From Macrostomum lignano (lineage: Eukaryota): a stretch of 64,000 nt of DNA. The stretch covers positions 166,442 through 230,441 of the forward strand of contig NIVC01001848.1 of assembly GCA_002269645.1 (NCBI GenBank), read 5' to 3'. Of this stretch, positions 13,110 through 25,683 are shown piece by piece. Below the pieces are notes generated by a model. The model made no database searches and was not told the origin of the DNA. It saw only the letters and a list, made by a program, of their open reading frames with translations. The stretch's first letter is position 1. Every line of letters begins with the position of its first letter. The translations under genes and the position numbers were made by a program.

Positions 13110-14056
13110 ATTAAATATTAAGTAAAGAAGTAAAGCTATTGTGAAAATTCTACCGTTCGTATTATATTGCGCACTGTAAATATTCAATTTTGTTGTGTTT
13201 CTATTGTCCTTGTTTATTCAGAAAAGCAAGACAGTTTTTTGCAAAAATAAAAACCCGGAACATTTTTAACTATTTGCATTGTCTGCTGATTTTTCGAAAT
13301 TAAAAGCTTCTTCAAATGCCTTTAAACTGCCCCAAATTGCTCCAAATTATATTAGCGCAGGGCAGTCGGGCCGCACATCTCTTCCTCCAAATTGCAATTT
13401 CATCGACCTTGCTCTCGTGAGCCATCTTTTTTTGGCAATCACTTTTTAATCCACTTTCTGTTCTCAGGGCTTTGTCTTCCGGCTTTGTTTCCCCGAGAAT
13501 CACGAGCCCTCCGCGAACAATAGATCCGTGGGTGGGGGTTGCCGAGCCAACTGGTATCCAAACCTTTCATTTGATGCTTTTTGTAGCCTAGTCGCTGTTT
13601 TGCCTTGGCGTCTTGGTGACCGTTTCGTCTGCAGCCTCTCCCAGCCAGCCTAGGCCGGATCGGGTTGGTGTAAGAGATTTTTGTGGAGTCGAAAGTGCCT
13701 TATTGTAGCTCTGGAATGGTTCGATTGAATCTGTTTGCTAAGGCTGGGGCCACAGGCAGATGCTAATCTCCTGCTTCTCAGTGTCCCCGCTGCTGTGGAG
13801 GAGGAAAGCGAAAAATCCCGTCCGGAAATATCCCATCTCTCACAGTCGGGAGCTCAATGCAGATATTGCAATCCGCTCCCACTGGCTGACTATCCCTGTG
13901 TCAGGGACATTTTCAGCTGTCCGTGACATTTTCATTCGGATTCCGCTGCCGCTGATCTGGGAACTGGATATAGATCAGGGCTGAGTGTTTGCCGAACAAA
14001 TTACATGCTGTGCTCAATGTATGCTGCTGAGTCTGCAATATGAATGCGGAATTTGC

Positions 14057-14960
14057 CAGTCAGTCAGTCAGTCAGTCAGTCAGTCAGTCAGTCAGTCAGT
14101 CAGTCAGTCAGTCAGTCAGTCAGTCAGTCAGTCAGTCAGTCAGTCAGTCAGTCAGTCAGTCAGTCAGTCAGTCAGTCAGTCAGTCAGTCAGTCAGTCAGT
14201 CAGTCAGTCAGTCAGTCAGTCAGTCAGTCAGTCAGTCAGTCAGTCAGTCAGTCAGTCAGTCAGTCAGTCAGTCAGTCAGTCAGTCAGTCAGTCAGTCAGT
14301 CAGTCAGTCAGTCAGTCAGTCAGTCAGTCAGTCAGTCAGTCAGTCAGTCAGTCAGTCAGTCAGTCAGTCAGTCAGTCAGTCAGTCAGTCAGTCAGTCAGT
14401 CAGTCAGTCAGTCAGTCAGTCAGTCAGTCAGTCAGTCAGTCAGTCAGTCAGTCAGTCAGTCAGTCAGTCAGTCAGTCAGTCAGTCAGTCAGTCAGTCAGT
14501 CAGTCAGTCAGTCAGTCAGTCAGTCAGTCAGTCAGTCAGTCAGTCAGTCAGTCAGTCAGTCAGTCAGTCAGTCAGTCAGTCAGTCAGTCAGTCAGTCAGT
14601 CAGTCAGTCAGTCAGTCAGTCAGTCAGTCAGTCAGTCAGTCAGTCAGTCAGTCAGTCAGTCAGTCAGTCAGTCAGTCAGTCAGTCAGTCAGTCAGTCAGT
14701 CAGTCAGTCAGTCAGTCAGTCAGTCAGTCAGTCAGTCAGTCAGTCAGTCAGTCAGTCAGTCAGTCAGTCAGTCAGTCAGTCAGTCAGTCAGTCAGTCAGT
14801 CAGTCAGTCAGTCAGTCAGTCAGTCAGTCAGTCAGTCAGTCAGTCAGTCAGTCAGTCAGTCAGTCAGTCAGTCAGTCAGTCAGTCAGTCAGTCAGTCAGT
14901 CAGTCAGTCAGTCAGTCAGTCAGTCAGTCAGTCAGTCAGTCAGTCAGTCAGTCAGTCAGT
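14057..14960. repeat. (CAGT)n microsatellite, 904 bp
   Basis: No interruption seen by eye; source of the SQSV ORFs. Confidence 0.99.
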
Positions 14961-16121
14961 TTGAGTATTTAAGCAGTATTTGCTTACAGTAAATTTAACT
15001 ACCATCTGCGCACCCAAAGTTTGCCCACAATTCATTAGTTGTACTTATTTAGCTGGGCTCAATCTGTTTATTTCTGTCCTCTGGGTTTAGTCCCGCTCTC
15101 TCAGTGTCTCTGCCTCAAATCAATACAGTCCCGTGGCAAGCAAGCGCGGAGCTGACAAGCTGAGCACAGCTGAGCTGAGGTCTCGCCAACTCGCCTAAAG
15201 CAGCTGAGTCGTGATTAGGTAGTGCGAGGCGCGCACATTACAGAAAGGGCCATTAGCGGTCTCGGGTTTCCTTGCGGCTGATGGGATTGGGATTTTAACA
15301 GCTCCAAAAGCAGCAACAATCAACCATTTTCCAGACTCAGAGCCGGCCTGCTAGCTCTCTGGAAACAAGAAGCTATTTTCTCTCCTGCATTCTTTCTTTT
15401 AAAGACAACGCCAGGAAACTGCTGCAGCAGCAGCAGTAGCAATAGAAGCAGCAGTGCGAAAGGTTTCCAGCCAGAAGCAGAGAGTCAGGCAAGCGGAGAG
15501 CAGTTGGATACAGAATTTAGCCAGCTTCCTGACTGCATGTTTCAGTCTGTATAGTGAAACTGCCGGCTTGAGTGGTCATGCATGACACTGGGATGAGGAC
15601 TCGACCCCCTGTAGAACTACTTTATCCTCAGTCGGCACGTGTAACGAGCTCTGTCGTCGGGAAGAGTTCCTCAAAAACTGGTCTTACTATCACTCCCCGC
15701 TTCCCGGCTACCCTGCATCGACTATGCAGGTCCAACCTTCCTTCTCTCTTTCTCCTCTTTCAATAGCTCCTCACCCTTCCGTCCGTCTTCTGCTGTGCGC
15801 CCAGTCCCTTCCAAACTGCCGCACGCTCTTCATCGGGAAAATTCTATTTTTCACCGCGTTTCCCGAACGGCGTCTGGTTTGCCTGGCTGGGAGGGGGGCG
15901 GCGGTGGGGAGAGGACTGCCGGGGCAAGGTACTTGCAAAAGGCCGAGGTCCGGATCGCGTATTTTGAGCAAGGCGGTCTAGCGACAAATACCAGAAACTT
16001 TTCTGTCTGAGCAGAGGAAATTGGAAAGCAATCAGCGCTACTGAGCACCTTTGAAATTCAGCAGTGGGAGCAGAAGCAGCAGCAGTAGAAGCAGAAGAAG
16101 AAGCAGGAGCAGAAGACCCAA

Positions 16122-17372
16122 ATGCTTCGAATACCCCGGATAAACCGAGTGGTGCCGCGGCCGGTTGTCCGCTTCGTCTGCCTGCTGGCCGCCGCCGCCG
16201 CCGTCCGCCTGCTGCTGGTCGATCGGCTGCCCTGGGCGAAGCTGTTGCCACTGCCGCCAGAGTCGGGCCAAACGCAGCAGCAGCTGTTGAATCTGTCGAC
16301 GAAGTCATCCCTGCCGCAGTCAACGCAGCAGCGTCAGCAGCTTGAGCCGCTGCCCCGCCTGATCCACGTGACGGCGCACAACGAGATGCTCCGCGTCGAG
16401 TACCGGCCGGTGCTGCGCCAGTGGATGCTCGCCCAGCCCGAGCTGCAGCTCCGGCTCTGGCGCGACGTCGACGCTGACTGCCTCCTTCGGCTGAGCTACC
16501 CGGATCTGCTCAGCGGCTACCGGACCAGCCTGCAGACTCCGCTGGAGCGCTCCGACCTGATTCGCATCTTGGCCCTGCACAGCATGGGCGGCATGTACCT
16601 GGACCTGGACACCGAGCCAGTGAGGAACATCAGCCACCTGTTCAGCAGCCCGCTGGCCGGCGCCATGATCGCCCTGGAGCCCGAGGAGCACGCCGTGCTG
16701 CTGTACAACCGGCCCAGCCTGCTGTCAAACGCGGTGATGCTGTCAGCGCCGAGGCATCCGTTTTATCTGTTCTACGCGGGACACATATTTGACAATTTGA
16801 GCAAGCAGCAGCAGCTGCAGCAGGGGCGGCGGCGGCTGGTGAGGCGTCTCAGGCGGAGGAACAATTACGCGGCGCCGCAGATCACTGGCCCGCTGGTGCT
16901 GCAGTCTGCCTACGAGGCCTACGCGGCCAGGGAGCACTGCAAGGCCGACGAGGATCCGCAGCGCTGCCAGGTGTACCTGTTCGAGCCGGAGGTGTTCAGC
17001 CCGCGCTTCGACCTCAGCCAGCGGTCCAACTTCCGGAAGACCTGTATGCGCTGGCGTCGGCGCCTTCAACAGCAGCGGCGACGGCGCCAGCAGGTGACCA
17101 GCAGCGCCATGGACGAGCGCAAAACCGCCGTGTGCAAACGGCTGGCCGCTCGCGGCTTCACAGTCGGCTCCAACTCGAATGCCACTCTGGCTGTGCACCT
17201 GTTCCGCCACCTGACAACCTCAGGCGGTGGTGGCAAGCAGTCTCGGGGTCGGCTGAAGAAGCCGAAGCCGCCGGCTCGCCAGCAGGAGACGGTGTTCAAC
17301 GCCACCGTCGAGTTTCCCCGGATGCTGATGCTCGCCCGCGAGCTGGGGTCCAAGTGCCGCGGGCCGGCGTAG
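16122..17372 (+). CDS. Intronless GT32 (DxD sugar-binding; OCH1/SUR1-like) glycosyltransferase, 416 aa, type II membrane topology
   Basis: N-terminal signal anchor (FVCLLAAAAAVRLLLV), LPRLIHVT, LRLWRD, ERSDLIRILALHSMGGMYLDLD (DxD) and LSNAVMLSAPRHPF match the GT32 pattern; coding-like codon usage. Confidence 0.88.
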   Translation: MLRIPRINRVVPRPVVRFVCLLAAAAAVRLLLVDRLPWAKLLPLPPESGQTQQQLLNLSTKSSLPQSTQQRQQLEPLPRLIHVTAHNEMLRVEYRPVLRQWMLAQPELQLRLWRDVDADCLLRLSYPDLLSGYRTSLQTPLERSDLIRILALHSMGGMYLDLDTEPVRNISHLFSSPLAGAMIALEPEEHAVLLYNRPSLLSNAVMLSAPRHPFYLFYAGHIFDNLSKQQQLQQGRRRLVRRLRRRNNYAAPQITGPLVLQSAYEAYAAREHCKADEDPQRCQVYLFEPEVFSPRFDLSQRSNFRKTCMRWRRRLQQQRRRRQQVTSSAMDERKTAVCKRLAARGFTVGSNSNATLAVHLFRHLTTSGGGGKQSRGRLKKPKPPARQQETVFNATVEFPRMLMLARELGSKCRGPA

Positions 17373-17519
17373 CGGTGACTGGAAAGGATTTTCGAATCCC
17401 CTCGGGCCAGTGTGGCCCGGTTCGTATTGTAAGCGGCCGCAACACGCGACAGTCCCTGCGATTAAATCTAGATAGAAACTCCTCACAGATAATCTGCATA
17501 TGCTTTCCATCCCTACCTC

Positions 17520-17990
17520 TTTCTAGCTCTAATCTATCTCTAATCTATCTCTTATCTATCTCTAATCTATCTCTAATCTATCTCTAATCTATCTCTTATC
17601 TATCTCTTATCTATCTCTCATCTATCTCTCATCTATCTCTCATTCATCTCTCATCTATCTCTCATTCATCTCTCATCTATCTCTCATTCATCTCTTATCT
17701 ATCTCTTATTAATCTCTCATCTGTCTCATCCATTTCTAATTTATCTCTAATCTATGTTTTCTATCCCTGTCTTTTTTCTAGCTCTCATCCTCATCTTTTA
17801 TCTCATCTCTTATCACCATCATCCATCTCTCTATCTATCTCTCATCTATCTCTGATCCATCTCTGTCACCTGTCTCTCATCTATCTCTCATCTATCTCTC
17901 ATTCATCTCTCATCTATCTCTAACCTATCTCTAATATCTCTCTTTTCTATCTCTCCTCTATCTCAGTTACCTTATCCATCTCTTATCTAC
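17520..17990. repeat. Degenerate ATCT/TCTCATCTA low-complexity repeat
   Basis: Visible by eye. Confidence 0.85.
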
Positions 17991-18784
17991 AGTGTATCTC
18001 TCATCCATCTTTCCTCCATCTCGCCAATGCAGTCGAATTGTTGCACCTTGGCATTATCAAGTCTCGCAAATAAATAATTCTGCCCCAGACACCCGGAGTC
18101 TCAAAGTTTCCACTCTAACCTGCTTGCCAATGTCTCAGCCTGATCAATACCGTCCACTTCGTAATCTACAAATCTGAACTTCGGTTTCTGTTTGCTGCTC
18201 TTTTGGCAGTATTTAATTGTGATGACCTCGGCATACAGTAGTACGCTCGTAATAAGCAGGACAACTGCGCTGTGCATTCAAATCAAATACAATGTGTGCT
18301 GATAGACTGTATTTCACTTTTATCGTCATCGTCTTTATTCGGCATTCCAAATTTGGAAGGTGATCTAAGCCTGCCTGTATAGATAATGACGGGCTGATGG
18401 CAAGGTTATATATAGCATGCTTCAGTGGGCTTGGCCCGGGAAACTTCAGGGCATGTATAAGGGATCAAATAATTAATGGGGCTGCAGCAGTCCCGCCTTC
18501 CTGCTGCTCGCATGCGAAGCCGCCCATGGAAAAGAAATTGCCTAGAAAGACTTGTGATTTACTGACTCTGTGCTCTGCTGCTGATCTGCGATGGCTGTGT
18601 CTCAGCTTAGCGATTCGAGCAGTTTCTGAGTATGAGAAGATTCATTTAATACCTGACACACTTGCTGCATCTTTAACTTTTCTGCACCAGTTTTTTAGGA
18701 ATTTGAAACCTTTTTCAGAATTTACAAGTTCAGAAAATACAAATACTAGCTTGTAATAATAGCATGCTTCAGAACAGACTTTAG

Positions 18785-19921
<1,137 letters not shown>

Positions 19922-20714
19922 GTCTTGGTGTTGTTTAATTTTTGAAAAACACTTTGTAGGCTAACAAACTCGTAAATTAACGTAAATATACCCTACGTAA
20001 AGTAAAGTAACGTTAAGTAACGTTTATTTACCTAAAATCACGTTAATCAACCTTCAGGCTATTAGTTAATTAACCGCCCCAATACTAACCCTTGTTTTCA
20101 ACGGGTTAAAATTAGTCACCAGCTGCTACTCATAGAATGGAGAAGTCAGGTTTCTATTTCTCCGCATGATAGACTTAACAAATTAAGGAAATTGGGAAAA
20201 TTAGGAAATTTAGGTGAGTCTATATGCACAGTCAATACTCGGATACGCCATAGCCACTCATGACTATTCATTAGAAGAAATGGAGTTTGCTCTGCTCCGA
20301 GCGGTGTGAAGCTCCAGTTTCTAATATGATTTTAATGAATAGCTGATAGAGTAAACAGATCGTAACTGCGTGAGGTGGCTTTCATTCCCAGCAATAATTG
20401 TACCACCTGATTGTACTCCCTTTATTCTTAGTTCGGCTACTTACAGTAGACGGCAATGCTTCTGACGTGTTTATTTAATTTCCCCCCTTTTATTCGAGCA
20501 GTTTCTTTCGTTAAAAAAATTAACGCCACTATAAGTGGGTTGTGGAGCATTTTGAATGATAATCAGTTGACTGCAGACTGTAGAATTTGTTTTACTGGAA
20601 AAATACAGACAGCAGGAGCTCATTGTCAACATGCGGAGCTGACTCTTCACTTCTCGCAAATCTATTTCGCGGAATTTAGGAAATTTAAAACAGTGAAATT
20701 AGCATCAGAAAGTT

Positions 20715-21380
20715 TAAAGACTACTCAAGTAGAAGGGCGGGGAACTATACGTTGAAGATAGGAAGTTTTCATGTTTTCAGCACAAAAATTGTTATTGCTT
20801 TCGATAGGAGGCAGACCCAATGTTCATATTTTGATATGCTGTGTCTGTCTTATAGCTTTATTGATATTCATAAAGCTGTTGCTTCAGAAAATTAGGACTC
20901 TGTGTTGATTTTCGATTCTACGCACATTGTCTGTACCTAAAAATCATTAAAATGCATGGCACAGCTCCAATCTTTGGTGTTATGAATCTATTTTATCATC
21001 TCTGTTACACATATTGGTGCACAATCAGCTGAGAATGACAAAATAGATTCTTAAAACCAAGGAGCCGAGCCGTGCCATTTTAATTAAGGGCTTTTAGGCA
21101 CATGACATGTTTAATTGTACATGCATGTAGAAATAGGATAAAAAATTAACATAAAATCCCAATTTTCCAAACAAAAAGCTCGATGAATATCGAGCTATAA
21201 GAAAGGCACAGCATATCAAAAGATGAACAATGGGTCTGCCTCCCATCGAAAGAAATAACATTTGGGCTGAAAAAATGAAAACTTCTTATCTCCGCAGTTC
21301 CGGTAAAACCTGCCTTCTAAAATTTTCCTAGAAACGTTGGTTTCCCGTTCTTCCACTTGAGTAGTTCTTGAGTAGTCACA
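20715..21380. mobile_element. Two inverted copies of a 250-300 bp interspersed repeat (foldback-like); third copy at about 57135-57450
   Basis: TGTTATTGCTTTCGATAGGAGGCAGACCCAATGTTCAT at 20790 is mirrored at about 21220-21260; similarity extends outwards (GACTACTCAAGTAGAAG at both ends). Confidence 0.75.
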
Positions 21381-21797
21381 TGAGAAAGTTATGCGACAAA
21401 ATTGTAAAGTAACGTTGCTGGTTGGAAAGCTGAAAGTTCTACTGTAAATTCTACATTGAATTACAAAAAAGTTGAGACAAATAAAAATCAGTTCGTTTTT
21501 TTGTAAGTAGTGCGAGACGACAGTGGAAAAAGAGGTTTTAAGATTTAAAAAATCACACTCCTAACTAACTTTGTAGTTTTAACTTGGCCAATTATATTTA
21601 CCTAACCCCAGATAGCTTAATCTATGTACTTTTATATTACAATGTAAAAGGGCAGCCGAATGTTAATACGAAAATCCCCGTTTATATTAGTGTTAATAAT
21701 GTAGTTTTAATTATTAACATTGAATTAAATTATTTTGTCAGTCGGAATCGATCGCTTAACCTCTCTGCTCAGTCGAGTCCTGCTTGACGACAAACTC

Positions 21798-24425
21798 TCA
21801 ATCGCAAGGGCAGGTTTTGGCCTCCTCAGCTGCTGGGGCAGCAGCGGAATCTTCAGCAGGCTGCTGGCACCAGCCGCCAGACTTCTGACTGCCACCGGAC
21901 TGGCAGGCCTGCGGGGGGGGAAGATTGTGTAAATGCTGTGAAATTTTTGACGAAACTCTCATAAAACTCTGATTCTGTACTCTGATAACAGCTTTAATAT
22001 GTAACCCCTCAGCTACTGAGCCAACCCCCTCAGCTACTGAGCCAACCCCCTCAGCTACTGAGCCAACTCCCTCAACTACTGAGCAACTCCCTCAACTACT
22101 GGGCCAATCCCCTCAGCTACTGAGCCAATCCCCTCAACTACTGAGCCAACCCCCTCAGCTACTGAGCCAACCCCCTCAGCTATTGAGCCAACTCCCTCAA
22201 CTACTGGGCCAATCCCTCAGCTACTGAGCCAATCCCCTCAACTACTGAGCCAACCCCCTCAGCTACTGAGCCAACCCCCTCAGCTATTGAGCCAGCCCCC
22301 TCAGACACTGAGCCAACTCCCTCAACTACTGAGCCAACTCCCTCAACTACTGGGCCAATCCCCTCAGCTACTGAGCCAATCCCCTCAACTACTGAGCCAA
22401 CCCCTCAGCTACTGAGCCAACCCCCTCAGCTACTGAGCCACTCCCTCAGCTATTGAGCCAGCCCCCTCAGCTACTGAGCCAACTCCCTCAACTACTGGGC
22501 CAACTCCCTCAACTACTGGGCCAACTCCCTCAACTACTGAGCCAACTCCCTCAACTACTGGCCAATCCCCTCAGCTACTGAGCCAATCCCCTCAACTACT
22601 GAGCCAACCCCTCAGCTACTGAGCCAAACCCCCTCAGCTACTGAGCCAGCCCCCTCAGACACTGAGCCAACTCCCTCAACTACTGAGCCAGCCCCCTCAA
22701 CTACTGAGCCAACTCCCTCAGACACTGAGCCAACTCCCTCAACTACTGAGCCAACTCCCTCAGCTACTGGGCCAACTCCCTCAGCTACTGAGCCAACTCC
22801 CTCAGCTACTGAGGCCAACCCCCTCAGCTACTGAGCCAGCCCCTCAACTACTGAGGCCAACCCCCCTCAGCTACTGAGCCAACCCCCTCAGCTATTGAGC
22901 CAGCCCCCTCAGCTATTGAGCCAGCCCCCTCAGCTATTGAGCCAGCCCCCTCAGCTATTGAGCCAGCCCCCTCAGTCATTCAGCCCAAGTGGAGAATCCG
23001 ATTCCAACCAACCCTGCGCTGGCTCGCGGAGTCGCGCCGGTCGCAGTCGGACTTCTTTGCGTTGGTCGGAGAGCAGGGGGCGGCCTGCTCGGAGGCCTTC
23101 TGGTCGGCGTTGGACTGGCAGTTTGCTGGGGCGGTGGCGGCGCACGGCGATTTGCGGCAGCTTTCAGCCGCTCCGGGTGGCATCTCTGCCTCTGGCTGGG
23201 CACGTCGTGCGCACGTGTTGTTCAGGTGGTTGCCAGGCAGACGGTTCGGCAGTCCCAGGTGCCTTTAAAGTCGCCCCAGGGCGAGCCCTCCGAGCGTCCG
23301 ACGCCGGGCAGCAAGTGGCCGAGTTCGTTTGCGATGATCTTAGTGCTGCCGGCCCGGGTGGACGGGTACTGCAGCGGCGCGGAATTGGAAGAGCGTTGAA
23401 TTCTGCGATGCTATATTTTTGTCCAGGAGTTTCAAAAATGATTAACTTGACATTTGAAAAACTGTAAATCACTTTTTATCGTTATAGTTTATTTACTCGT
23501 GTTTATAGCCATATAAATAAAACATACAGTTGTAAACTATATCAGAAGCAAGATACATCGAAACTAAATTGAAACACAAAAGAAATAGGAAAAAGCAAGC
23601 TTAAAGACTTCTAAAATATGCATGCAAGGTACAATGTGAATGAATATTTTCCAAATATACAATATTTTTTAAATTCAAAATACTGCAGGCACCATCACCT
23701 CTTTCAGCTGCTTGGGCACAGTGTACTGTTGCAGCCGGCGAGCCCGGAATGCATCGTCGTACTGAAAGTAAAGACAAAAAAATTGAATTAAAACAAAGCA
23801 TTGCTGATTAATTCTTTGGCTAGACAACTTTGTAAGAACTGACTCAGAAAAATTCTTAAGTTCTTTTTTTATTTAATTTTTTTCACACTATAACCCAAAT
23901 CCACTCTTACTATATACAATTTCTTACCAAATCATAAATTATAAAAAAATATTAAATTGTATTAAAAATCTATAATTTAATTTCATCAATGTGGTCTTCT
24001 GATTTTATAAATATATCGAAGGTAGTATCCAAAGATGTTAAAAGATTTGGCAATGAGTATAATCCTACTAAAAATGGGATCGAAAAAGTTTCTGAATTCA
24101 ATTTGCAATCAGCAGATTCTTCCTTTGAGGGGACTCTGTCTTCTCTACTTCTTAATTTCTGAAAGTTGCTTATAAGTACGAATAAGCGATAAGTTTATAA
24201 AAATTCAGTACGTTCGTGCAATTGCAGTCTCCTCAGTTTTCATATTTCAGTTTTCCTAGTCTCTGTAGTTCAAAACATTATTTTCAAATATCTGAGAACT
24301 TTTTGTGGCTAGGGTAACCAAGTGATTTTGAATTAAAGATATTATATTTCTAAAAAGTACTGATGACGAAGGGCCTTTTAAGAAGCTAATTAACTTACTT
24401 GATTTACAGCAAATCCCGACGACAT
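21798..24425 (-). CDS. CFAP126: Flattop / cilia- and flagella-associated protein 126, 4 exons, about 185 aa, with an apparent 1-nt frameshift at about 23251
   Basis: Exons 24425-24399 (MSSGFAVNQ), 23761-23699 (YDDAFRARRLQQYTVPKQLKE), 23368-23013 (YPSTRAGSTKIIANELGHLLPGVGRSEGSPWGDFKGTWD then, after +1 nt, LPNRLPGN...), 21908-21798 (..EEAKTCPCD*). Matches recalled Flattop motifs SANQYEKAF and IIANDRGHLLP..SPWGSFMGTW. Exon 4 and the GTTGGT donor are less certain. Confidence 0.85.
22015..22975. repeat. 21-bp minisatellite (CCCTCAGCTACTGAGCCAACC) in predicted CFAP126 intron 3
   Basis: Visible tandem units. Confidence 0.96.
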
Positions 24426-24536
24426 TTTAAAAATATTGCTGAGACAGTTTTGGCTATAACTGAAAATATACGAGCAAGCAATTAGCGAGAGGTATTAAAA
24501 AGAGACTTACTTAAGCGTTTGAATTTCTTCACACGC

Positions 24537-24550
24537 ATTTCCATGACAAC
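24537..24550 (-). promoter_or_regulatory. Candidate RFX X-box (GTTGTCATGGAAAT) 112 bp upstream of the CFAP126 ATG, followed by several CCAAT/ATTGG boxes (24557-24635)
   Basis: Near-match to GTTGCCATGGAAAC at the typical distance upstream of a ciliary gene. Confidence 0.5.
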
Positions 24551-25483
24551 AGTAGCATTGGTCAGACCAATCTTAAGAAGCTGCAAGATTGGCTACAGCG
24601 ATATTTCAAAGAGCGCCTTTTTCAGCGTCCAATGGCAGAAAAGCGCACGTGCAAATTAAAACCGTTCTGCTTTTCTTCCAAGTTTAGCCAAGTTTGAGGC
24701 GCATTCATGCCCGACGATACCTGAATTTGATTTTGAAAGTTTTATATGTGGCATGACAAAAGTATACTTTCTTGTATTCATATTTATTTATAACTTTTTG
24801 CTTACTAATTGCTACATAAAAACCACCAAAACTCCGCCAACTCATGTGAGTTTACTATTGATTTCTGTATTCTGTATAGAATAGAATGTCTGTATTCTAT
24901 ATGATGTGTGCATTCCCTCTCTGTTTTAACAAAGGTACTAAATTCAAAACTTGAAAGCTTTAAAACTTTAAATTTAATGTTTATGTTTATAATTATAAAG
25001 TTATTGCATACGTACATGGACGCTTAGGGATTCGTGAAGTGAATAAATCGATTTTAATACTTAGCACTTTAAAGGAAAAAGTGCACACATGCAGTAATGC
25101 ATCAAGCACTTAAAGACGAGGATTTTGAAAAGTGAACCGAAGCACGTGCATATGCACACACAGTAGCGAGAAAAATTTTTCTAGTTCCTCTGGCCCTACA
25201 AAATAATCAAATTGCTTGGAAGCACACATGGATACCCAGCGCAGTTTAACAAAATTATAAACTTCACTCACAATTCTAGACCATTGCACATAAGTGTAAT
25301 TCAGGATCTCTAAAAACAAGTCCATGTCACATTTGATCGGGAATAAAACTTTACGACAAACATTTTATGGATTTGCTAACATGCTAATTGCAATCTACCA
25401 GAGTAGCTTTGCCCCCAAAACACCTCTATTTCAAGCACCACCCTCCTATACCCTTCCACAAAAGCCACAGCTCAGCGGTTCAG

Positions 25484-25683
25484 GCGCCGCAGGACCACCA
25501 GGCGACGATGAGGACGTTGGAAGCGGCAGCGGATCTGGTTTCCCTTCGGGTGGCCGCTTGTCCCCTACTACCACTTCTCCGCCACCTCTTCGTCAGCCAC
25601 TACCGTCATTCGCCTGCCTCTGTTCCCAAGTTCAGTGGTCCCAGTTTCAGTCAAGGCCGTCACCCAGGTGCCTCGCCTTGTCA
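25484..25683 (+). CDS. SDC: Syndecan GAG-attachment and mucin-like exon
   Basis: Acidic-flanked Ser-Gly repeats [12 protein letters not shown], then [14 protein letters not shown] in a shifted frame ending at a phase-1 GTAAGA donor. Confidence 0.65.

Noticed and set aside
13760-13984. Possible hAT dimerisation-domain remnant (WLTIPVSGT)
   Set aside because: Similarity too short and lacks the ERxFS motif.
13985-14992. SQSV-repeat ORFs
   Set aside because: (CAGT)n microsatellite, open in all three frames.
18397-18756. Candidate signal-peptide exon for the syndecan
   Set aside because: No convincing hydrophobic core in a frame with ATG and a phase-compatible donor.
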